Origin: a virus
Lineage: Duplodnaviria > Heunggongvirae > Uroviricota > Caudoviricetes > Thumleimavirales > Hafunaviridae
Direction: 5' to 3' (one strand)
Length of the DNA stretch: 12,759 bases
Virus record (IMG/VR): IMGVR_UViG_2974793816_000001
Span: 1 to 12,759 of that record
Within the stretch, counting starts at the first letter, position 1, and each line of letters begins with the position of its first letter. Under the pieces are notes generated by a model that saw only the letters and a program-made list of their open reading frames with translations, had not been told where the DNA came from and searched no databases. Of the stretch, positions 6,259 to 12,759 are shown piece by piece. The position numbers were made by a program, and so were the translations under genes.

Positions 6259-6543
6259 ATGCCCGCTGACGAACCAGATGGGGACTCTGAGGTGAAACTC
6301 CTCAAGAACATTCTAAGTGAGATACAAGACCTAAACTCACAGCTTGCTCGAACTGACGAGCGTTCTCGAAACAACCGCGCTCAGGTGGAAGACCTACGGG
6401 ATAACCGTATTGTTCCGCTTGAGGGGCAGGTTGCGAAGAACGACAATCGGAGCCGGAGGAACGCGCTAATTATTGGCGGGTTTCTGACGACGCTGACGCT
6501 TCTCGTGGGTGCGGGGGCTTCGTATCTCTTTACTATCCTATGA
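6259..6543 (+). CDS. Coiled-coil protein with C-terminal transmembrane anchor, 94 aa
   Basis: Heptad-like LKNILSEIQDLNSQLARTDERSRNNRAQVEDL, then RSRRN and a 26-residue hydrophobic C-terminus. Packed between the portal (2-nt gap) and the protease (ATGA overlap). Confidence 0.8.
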   Translation: MPADEPDGDSEVKLLKNILSEIQDLNSQLARTDERSRNNRAQVEDLRDNRIVPLEGQVAKNDNRSRRNALIIGGFLTTLTLLVGAGASYLFTIL

Positions 6544-7304
6544 GTCTCAATCTAACTGAAACTGAATTTTCTGCGAGTACCGATTCCCCGCCGGACGACG
6601 ACAGCCCGACGCCGGTTTCGACCGACGCTCATCTGGAGTTTACTGCCGGTCGCCATTATCCCGAGTCCGTTGACCTCGATGGGTTCAACGAGTACGGGGT
6701 GCGCGAGAACCGCGACGAGAATGGCGAGCTGGTGTCGGTTGACGTTGTGTACGAAGCGATGGAACCCGGCCCGCCCGAAGACCGTAATGGAGTCCGTATC
6801 ACGGACACCTTCTTGCGAAAGGTCGCTGAGAAGAATTACTCGGGTCAGGAGCCGTATATGCTCGGTCACTCCGACCGCCCGCTGGACGAGATTGGTAAAG
6901 TCCAGAAGGTGTGGTTCGAGGAGTCGGTCGAGAAACTGATGCTGATGAATCGGGTGTTCAACACGGGCGCTCCGACCCACGATGAAGTGGTGAAGCGCCT
7001 GACGTACACCCCGCCGACTATGACCGATGGCTCGGTCGGGTTCGGCAATCAGTATGAGGCTGTTGTGAACGACGACGGAGAGCCTGAACTCATCGACGGG
7101 GAGATTCGAGAGTTCAGTACCGTCCCGTTCCCCGGAGGGTACGATGAGGGTGGCCTTGGTCTACCGAGCGCCGCCTTTGCTGAAAGCATCATGGAGCAGG
7201 TGAACGCCGCTGTCGATGATGAGGACGAAGCCAACCCCCTCGATGTGGGGGAGTCCTCGGAGAACTCGGCCTTCTCTGTCCGAACGGAGACTATCTCCTT
7301 CTAA
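6540..7304 (+). CDS. Prohead (capsid maturation) protease, 254 aa
   Basis: Catalytic-type motifs YMLGH and GSVGF plus ..REFSTVPFP, as in HK97/herpes-fold prohead proteases; canonical position. Confidence 0.85.
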   Translation: MSLNLTETEFSASTDSPPDDDSPTPVSTDAHLEFTAGRHYPESVDLDGFNEYGVRENRDENGELVSVDVVYEAMEPGPPEDRNGVRITDTFLRKVAEKNYSGQEPYMLGHSDRPLDEIGKVQKVWFEESVEKLMLMNRVFNTGAPTHDEVVKRLTYTPPTMTDGSVGFGNQYEAVVNDDGEPELIDGEIREFSTVPFPGGYDEGGLGLPSAAFAESIMEQVNAAVDDEDEANPLDVGESSENSAFSVRTETISF

Positions 7305-7310
7305 CTAACT

Positions 7311-7736
7311 ATGGATTTCCAGAAGGTTACTTTTGACACCGACCTCGATGAGATGGAGGCTGACGACCTTGCCGACCTTGTTCGTCAGTTCTCTGAGGCA
7401 CAGGAACAGAATATTGCGGAGTTCGAGTCGGCCAGCGAGACTATCGAAGGTCTTGAGGGTCGCGTCTCGGAGGTTCAGGATTTCGATGCTGAGCTGACCG
7501 AGGAGCTTTCCGAAGTCTCGCCTCTCGGTGAGGACGAGCTGGCAAACTTCTCTATCTCGCGCAAGCGGGAGCTTCTTGCTGAGTTCGCTGAGGCGGATGA
7601 AGACGAGGAGGAGGAAGACGAGGACGAGGAGGCCGAGTTCTCTGACATGGGCCAGCGTGGGGAGACTCACGATGAAGACGCGGAGCGCAACTTCGCAGAG
7701 GAGTACCTCGGAGACATTCCGGGGCTTGGCTTCTAA
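7311..7736 (+). CDS. Probable capsid scaffolding protein, 141 aa
   Basis: Extremely acidic, helical/coiled-coil, with a DEDEEEEDEDEE run; lies between the protease and the capsid genes. Confidence 0.65.
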   Translation: MDFQKVTFDTDLDEMEADDLADLVRQFSEAQEQNIAEFESASETIEGLEGRVSEVQDFDAELTEELSEVSPLGEDELANFSISRKRELLAEFAEADEDEEEEDEDEEAEFSDMGQRGETHDEDAERNFAEEYLGDIPGLGF

Positions 7737-7758
7737 ACAACTGATTTTCTACTAACAC

Positions 7759-8274
7759 ATGGCTAACTTCAAGTTCGCTAAGTTCAAGGACGCGCCGCTG
7801 AACCGCGATGGTGAAACTCTCGACCCCGAAGCGACTCTCCCTCTACTTGAGGGCGACGTTGTGGGTCTGAGCGAAGACGTTGATGGGAACACCATCGTCG
7901 TCGCCGCCGACGCAGACGCGGCGGTTGCACAGCCCGCTGTTGGCGTTCTGATGGAGGACGTGCGCGACCGTTCGTACTGGTCGGCTAACCTCCACGACAA
8001 CGGCACGATGGGTCGTCGCCTCGATGAGGCTTACGACCTCGAACGCACGCAGGCCGGGGATGAGGTCACGTACTTCACCCACGGCATCTACCTCGAAGAC
8101 GAGGACGAGACGGTTGACTTCAACGTGAACGAACCCGTCTATCTCGCTCCGGGCGGCGGCGTGACGCAGACTGCTCCCTCGGCGTCGGGCGAGCTGGTTC
8201 AGGTTCTCGGTGTGGCTGTCAGCTCCACCAGATTCCTGCTCAGCGTTGACTTCGACTACGAGACGCTGGCGTAG
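7759..8274 (+). CDS. Capsid decoration/cement protein (beta-tulip, lambda gpD/DUF2190-like), 171 aa
   Basis: Immediately before the MCP; beta-rich; VYLAPGGGVTQTAPS..GELVQVLGVAVS matches cement-protein C-termini. Confidence 0.7.
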   Translation: MANFKFAKFKDAPLNRDGETLDPEATLPLLEGDVVGLSEDVDGNTIVVAADADAAVAQPAVGVLMEDVRDRSYWSANLHDNGTMGRRLDEAYDLERTQAGDEVTYFTHGIYLEDEDETVDFNVNEPVYLAPGGGVTQTAPSASGELVQVLGVAVSSTRFLLSVDFDYETLA

Positions 8275-8314
8275 AGTACCAGCTAAAGACTTAATCTCTA
8301 CTTTCTAATTCTTT

Positions 8315-9271
8315 ATGGTTAACCGCGAAATCTTCACCAAGGACGATGTTCCGCTTGTCGAGATTGCTGAGAAGACTCAGAATCTCGTCAACTACTTCAA
8401 CGAGGCTGAGCGCCCGTTCCGCGACCTGTTCGTGGAGCAGGTTGACCAGCAGACCTTCCTTCAGGAAATCGAGGCCGACCCCGGCGAGTGGGAGAAGCTG
8501 AGTGAGGGCGAGTTCCCCGGCACGACTCGCGCGAAGGACGACGACTACCTCCAGATGACCATTCGCACGAGCGAATACGGGAAGGCCCTCGGCTTCACGC
8601 AGAAGTTCCTCGAAAAGTCCACCTCCGACCACATTATGAAGCAGGTTCGTAATGTGCTGGAGGAGGGCAAGGAGACGGAAGACCGCATCATCCACGATGT
8701 TATCTTCAACGGCATCGCTGACGGTAGCGAGCCGGTCTGGTTCGACGTTCCCGACCACGGCAACTACGGCTTCGACCGCACCCACTCCCACGTCTTCTCG
8801 GACACCTCGGAGCTGTTCGGTGACAGTACGGCGCACCGCGCGTCCGAACACATCGAGTACGCCGCTGACGAACTGCGTCACCACGGCTGGAACGGTCAGA
8901 AGGTCGCCCTCATGTCCATCGACCTCAAGCGCAAGCTCCGCAACGAGCTTTCGTGGGACATGGACTACCACATCCCGATGGCGACCGGGATGCGCTCGCA
9001 GGACGTGCGTGAGCAGACGTTCAGCATCGACGGTGTTGAGCTGATGACCACGCCGTACCTCCGTGGCGACGAGTTCTACGTTATCGGCGTCGGTGAGAAT
9101 CCTGTCAAGGAATACATCGACCGTCCGATGCAGATTACCCGCCCCACGGGTGGCCCCGCGATGGAGCCGGGCGAGATTGTCAATTCGAGCGCCACGATGT
9201 CGTTCGGTGTCTCGATGACCAACCCGCTCGGCGCTGTCCACTTCAAGGGCGACAGCACGAACTACCAGTAA
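8315..9271 (+). CDS. Major capsid protein (HK97 fold), 318 aa
   Basis: Size and position; strong codon bias suggesting high expression; EYGKALGFT E-loop/P-domain-like segment; followed by an oligo-T terminator. Confidence 0.85.
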   Translation: MVNREIFTKDDVPLVEIAEKTQNLVNYFNEAERPFRDLFVEQVDQQTFLQEIEADPGEWEKLSEGEFPGTTRAKDDDYLQMTIRTSEYGKALGFTQKFLEKSTSDHIMKQVRNVLEEGKETEDRIIHDVIFNGIADGSEPVWFDVPDHGNYGFDRTHSHVFSDTSELFGDSTAHRASEHIEYAADELRHHGWNGQKVALMSIDLKRKLRNELSWDMDYHIPMATGMRSQDVREQTFSIDGVELMTTPYLRGDEFYVIGVGENPVKEYIDRPMQITRPTGGPAMEPGEIVNSSATMSFGVSMTNPLGAVHFKGDSTNYQ

Positions 9272-9294
9272 ACGGGCTGGAAGTTCGGGTTCGA

Positions 9295-9306
9295 TTTTTC
9301 TTTTTT
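9295..9306 (+). terminator. Oligo-T terminator after the MCP
   Basis: TTTTTCTTTTTT about 23 nt after the MCP stop, consistent with down-tuning of the low-copy neck genes. Confidence 0.7.
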
Positions 9307-9316
9307 CGTACTTTCA

Positions 9317-9760
9317 ATGGCAACTGACGATACTACATTCATATCTGAAATCCGGGCGTTCACCGGCATCGAGGTGTCTCGAATCTCCAGCGAGGAGATG
9401 GACGCTGTTCTTTCTGACGCGAAACGGCACGTCAAGCTACGTGCCTCTCTGAACGACGCTGAGGTGGATTGGTATGGCGACCCGGCTCAGGAGGAAGCCC
9501 TCAATTGGGCGACCAAACTTTTCCTAAAGGTTGCCGCAGGCGAACTCGACTCTCAGACTGTTCAGGTAGGCGCTATCGACCACAAGGGCCTGCTCGCCAA
9601 GAACGACAACTCCGTTACCATTTGGTATCGGAATATGGAGAACGCTATCCGCCGGATTACCAAGCCCGGCGCGGCGTTCGGCGTTTCCTCGGTCGCTCGG
9701 ACTGACCGTGAGTATGGTTCTGACACCGAAGACGACTCCGGCGGTGGCATTTCCCTATAA
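9317..9760 (+). CDS. Head-tail adaptor (HK97 gp6/SPP1 gp15-like), 147 aa
   Basis: First gene after the MCP; helical pattern (EIR.F.G....I..E.MD..L..A...V...L...) typical of adaptors. Confidence 0.65.
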   Translation: MATDDTTFISEIRAFTGIEVSRISSEEMDAVLSDAKRHVKLRASLNDAEVDWYGDPAQEEALNWATKLFLKVAAGELDSQTVQVGAIDHKGLLAKNDNSVTIWYRNMENAIRRITKPGAAFGVSSVARTDREYGSDTEDDSGGGISL

Positions 9761-10098
9761 TGGCCCGACGCTCCGTTCACTCGGCTATCGACCGTCTCGG
9801 GCAGGAGATTGATGTTCTAATCGAGGCGAAGACCGGGACTGACGACTTCAATAATCCCGAGTATGATTGGGTTCAGTCTCACACCACTCGATGCGTTAGA
9901 ACATATCCGAATCGGAACACGGAGGTAAACAACCGTGGTGGCCCCCGGAAGCGCGACCACCCCGTGTTCCTGTTCCCTCGGGAGGAAGCCCCGGAAGCTA
10001 ACTCTCGGATTCGCTACAACGGGACTCTCTACGAGCTTGAGTCCCCGACCGTGTACGACACTCACGTTGCGATTTTCGGTAAGCTCGTTTCTGAATAA
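9760..10098 (+). CDS. Head closure/stopper (SPP1 gp16-like), 112 aa
   Basis: TAATG coupling to the adaptor; beta-rich; GTDDFNNPEY.W and RIRYNGTLYEL motifs typical of head-closure proteins. Confidence 0.7.
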   Translation: MARRSVHSAIDRLGQEIDVLIEAKTGTDDFNNPEYDWVQSHTTRCVRTYPNRNTEVNNRGGPRKRDHPVFLFPREEAPEANSRIRYNGTLYELESPTVYDTHVAIFGKLVSE

Positions 10099-10100
10099 CA

Positions 10101-12759
10101 ATGGGTAAGATACGGGTTCGAGTCAAAAACGAAGACCGCGTTATCCGCGAGATTAAGCGGGATTTCAAGCGCGGGATGGACAAGTCTGCCAACGCGATTG
10201 CTGAGGCTGGACGCAATAAGGCGCTCCAGATTATCAATCAGAATCAGGCGTACTTCAACTACGAGGTCGCCAAAGGATTCCGAATCATCGACGCGGCAGA
10301 CAGCTCTACTCGTTCCAGTATCAAGCTCATTAACGAAGCCCCACACGCAGGGGCGCTCGACGCTGGTGTTCCAGCGGCGAAGTACGCTGACGGCGGCCCT
10401 CCAGTTCAAGCCCTCCTTCCGTGGGTTCAACGGAAGATGGGCGGCTACGACCTCGGTGGAAGCGAAAGTGACGGTGGGAGCGGTGGTAACGACCCCGACC
10501 CATCGGACTCGATTGATGAAGACAAGGCCGAGAAAGAAGCGCCTGAAATCATCAGCGAGGAACGCTTCGACTACGAGAAGTCTGGATTCGAGGAAGAAAT
10601 CTCGGCGTCCAGACTCGAAGAAGGCGACGTTCTTGACCTTCGCGGAGATGGAATTAGTGGTCGATATGTTGTCACTAACATTACTGGTGACTACATTGAC
10701 GCGACGAACTACCGCGAGAACATCAACGCGAATCTTGACCAGATGGTGTTCGGTGGGGGCTACCAGAACCTCCACGGCTACGGTCGCGTCGGTCGTGTCT
10801 CCGACTCGGAGCTTTCCGTGGGAGATACGGTCTACAACAAGAACGGCCAACTCGGTGTTGTCACGCTGATTGACTCCGACGAGATAATCGTCGAGTTTGA
10901 GGATGAAGTGGGGACATATGAGAACGCAATTCGGCGTCCCACTAACGACTTCATTCTCGCCAACCCCGAGGAGGTCGTTGACGACGAAACCGACCCGTTC
11001 GACGTTGCGAGTCAGCTCTCCAGCATCACCCTCGATGGGGCTGAGACGGATGGGCTTGATGAGGATACGGCGGAGGCCCTACTCCAGCAGTTCGATAAGG
11101 TAATTCGGGGCCACGGCTACCCACCCGTGTCTCAAATCGTGACAGACGACACTCTGGACACGATTGACGCCGCTGTTCGACCCGGTGGCGATTCGAGCGT
11201 TCTCAAGATTCCGTCTCAACTCATCGAGCCGGGAGGCCGAATTGAGGGAATCGAGGAAGCGAACGAGAACGTCGATTGGGAACAATCCCGGCGGGCATAC
11301 GTCGCTATCAGAGACGGACGGGGCGCGGAGTACGCGCTCCTACACCAGTACGGGGAATACCTGTTCGATAACCTCTCCGACGACGCGAAGGCGTACCTCG
11401 CGGAGAACAGCACGACCATCGACCTCGTTGGTGGTGAGCTGGTTCCCTCGGACGACTCGGTTCCGAACATCTGGAGGAAATACTCCGCAATCAGCGGAGA
11501 CAGCCTCAAGAGCTACTTCGGGGAGAACTTCGCGTCCTACATCATGGACGACAACGATGTGTTCCGCGAAGACACACTCACCCGACGTTCGCGGTTCTTC
11601 GAGGTCGCGCTCGGCAACCCCGAGCAGTATTTCGACGTGAACGTTCCGAGTGGTTGGGAGCGACCCGACTACTACCTCGGCGTGGACTACGACGGAAAAC
11701 CACTACGGGAGTCCGACCTCCCCGATGGATACAGCCTCGCGTTCGACCGAGCGTTCGGTGACATATACGACTTCAACCGGCGAGAGAAGTACGTCGTCCA
11801 AACTGGCGACGGTGAGCTGGTCGAAACTCGTGTGTTCGAGCGCCTTCGAGCGGGGGAACACTCCCTTGAGCGAAACGAAGACCTCGTTCGGCTCGATGAG
11901 GTTGACGGCGACCGGAAGTTCTACTACTACGGTGGGGGTGAGAGCTTCACCATCGTCGGTCAGGAGACTAAAGACTACGAGTTCTCCCAAATCGACCGTG
12001 GCGACTTCGTGATTGTCAAAGAGACTGATGGTTACGAAGACGAAGGTGAGGTGATTGACACCCACTACGCTCGGGTTAGTAGCCGTCCCGGTTACGACGA
12101 CCGGGCGGGCGACTACCTCGGTGAAGCGACCGACGTGGTTACGGGCGAAACTGTCCAGTTGGACAGATACAGCTTCTACGGTCGTCGTGACACCCACCTC
12201 GATGAGTGGATGCGCGACGTGGATACGCTGGAACACACCCCGGACTCGGAGATTCCCGAGAGCCTAACCACGGACTTCGACCCGGAGCATATCGACCTGA
12301 GCTTCCGGTACGCTCACGAAGACGCTGACGGCCAAGGCCCGGTGGTCTACATCAAGACCAACAACGGCGGGAACGTCTACCCGGCGAAGGTCAAGGGAGG
12401 TCGCGGCGACAGGCTCAATCTCGAATCCACGGAGGTTGACGAGTTCGGTGAAACTCGGACGTGGACTCGGGAGGGAGATGGAAGTGGGGACGCTGAAATC
12501 TACGCTATCTCACAAGACTACGAGAACTTCCGTAGTCTGGAGGAGGGGGACGACATTATCATCGACCCCGAGCTTCTTGACGTTGAAGACCACCCGTTCC
12601 CCGAGGATACGCTTTCGAGAGCGACTATCTCAAGCGACTTCAACGGGGTCTTCGCAAGACCGTGGGCGACCTCTGGTGAAGGTGTGAGAGTTAACCACGA
12701 TGCGTTCGTGGATATTCGAGAGAACGTCCCGACTTGGGATGCTTACAACATCGAGGAGG
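10101..12759 (+). CDS. Giant acidic protein (>=886 aa, 3'-truncated by the window): HK97-gp10-like neck domain fused to a multidomain extension; absent from the ORF track
   Basis: Translated by hand from ATG 10101 (2 nt after the previous TAA) with no stop to the window end: MGKIRVRVKNEDRVIREIKRDF...APHAGALDAG...GGPPVQALLPWVQRK-GGYDLGGSESDGGSGGNDPDPSDS-...WDAYNIEE. Halophile-type codon usage throughout. Confidence 0.92.
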   Translation, partial: MGKIRVRVKNEDRVIREIKRDFKRGMDKSANAIAEAGRNKALQIINQNQAYFNYEVAKGFRIIDAADSSTRSSIKLINEAPHAGALDAGVPAAKYADGGPPVQALLPWVQRKMGGYDLGGSESDGGSGGNDPDPSDSIDEDKAEKEAPEIISEERFDYEKSGFEEEISASRLEEGDVLDLRGDGISGRYVVTNITGDYIDATNYRENINANLDQMVFGGGYQNLHGYGRVGRVSDSELSVGDTVYNKNGQLGVVTLIDSDEIIVEFEDEVGTYENAIRRPTNDFILANPEEVVDDETDPFDVASQLSSITLDGAETDGLDEDTAEALLQQFDKVIRGHGYPPVSQIVTDDTLDTIDAAVRPGGDSSVLKIPSQLIEPGGRIEGIEEANENVDWEQSRRAYVAIRDGRGAEYALLHQYGEYLFDNLSDDAKAYLAENSTTIDLVGGELVPSDDSVPNIWRKYSAISGDSLKSYFGENFASYIMDDNDVFREDTLTRRSRFFEVALGNPEQYFDVNVPSGWERPDYYLGVDYDGKPLRESDLPDGYSLAFDRAFGDIYDFNRREKYVVQTGDGELVETRVFERLRAGEHSLERNEDLVRLDEVDGDRKFYYYGGGESFTIVGQETKDYEFSQIDRGDFVIVKETDGYEDEGEVIDTHYARVSSRPGYDDRAGDYLGEATDVVTGETVQLDRYSFYGRRDTHLDEWMRDVDTLEHTPDSEIPESLTTDFDPEHIDLSFRYAHEDADGQGPVVYIKTNNGGNVYPAKVKGGRGDRLNLESTEVDEFGETRTWTREGDGSGDAEIYAISQDYENFRSLEEGDDIIIDPELLDVEDHPFPEDTLSRATISSDFNGVFARPWATSGEGVRVNHDAFVDIRENVPTWDAYNIEE

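Larger units (their letters stand above)
1..12759 (+). mobile_element. Haloarchaeal tailed virus/provirus DNA packaging and head-assembly module
   Basis: Canonical order terS-terL-portal-protease-scaffold-decoration-MCP-adaptor-closure-neck on one strand; very acidic proteins; tight gene packing with ATGA/TAATG overlaps. No integrase or att site is visible, so virus versus provirus cannot be decided. Confidence 0.95.

Noticed and set aside
8284-8295. AAAGACTTAAT as a dedicated MCP promoter
   Set aside because: It resembles the HalOD1 TATA-like site but is only 19 nt from the ATG, which is short for archaeal TATA-to-TSS spacing; too weak to call.
8291-9241. 316-aa antisense ORF spanning the MCP, and similar minus-strand ORFs (3468..4154, 4266..4730, 5129..5620, 6552..6980, 10062..10850, 11703..12236)
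   Set aside because: Val/Leu/Arg-rich shadows expected from GAC/GAG-biased codons on the sense strand; no halophilic composition or motifs.
9283-9297. GTTCGGGTTCGATT after the MCP resembling a tRNA T-loop
   Set aside because: No flanking T-stem or cloverleaf; it runs straight into the oligo-T terminator.
10198-12687. Alternative-frame + strand ORFs (10198..10869, 10897..11103, 11164..11640, 11650..12012, 12055..12267, 12436..12687)
   Set aside because: Thr/Ser/Arg-rich off-frame readings of the real uninterrupted ORF that starts at 10101.

Overview
Head-morphogenesis module of a haloarchaeal tailed virus or provirus (Caudoviricetes). The proteins are strongly Asp/Glu-rich and the promoters and terminators are archaeal-type. 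The + strand order is: terminase small subunit, five small accessory ORFs (two below the ORF-track cutoff), tRNA-Pro(UGG), terminase large subunit, portal, tail-anchored coiled-coil membrane protein, prohead protease, scaffold, capsid decoration protein, major capsid protein, head-tail adaptor, head closure, and a giant ORF (10101 to beyond the window end, >=886 aa). The ORF track misses the giant ORF. It begins with an HK97-gp10-like neck domain, followed by SH3/KOW-like repeats and a degenerate zincin-like motif. Left of terS are a divergent HalOD1-domain gene, a palindrome-rich control region and a dense cluster of G-tracts able to form G-quadruplexes. A manual scan found no GATC and no CTAG in the window. 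Family assignments come from motif recognition and gene order, not from database searches.
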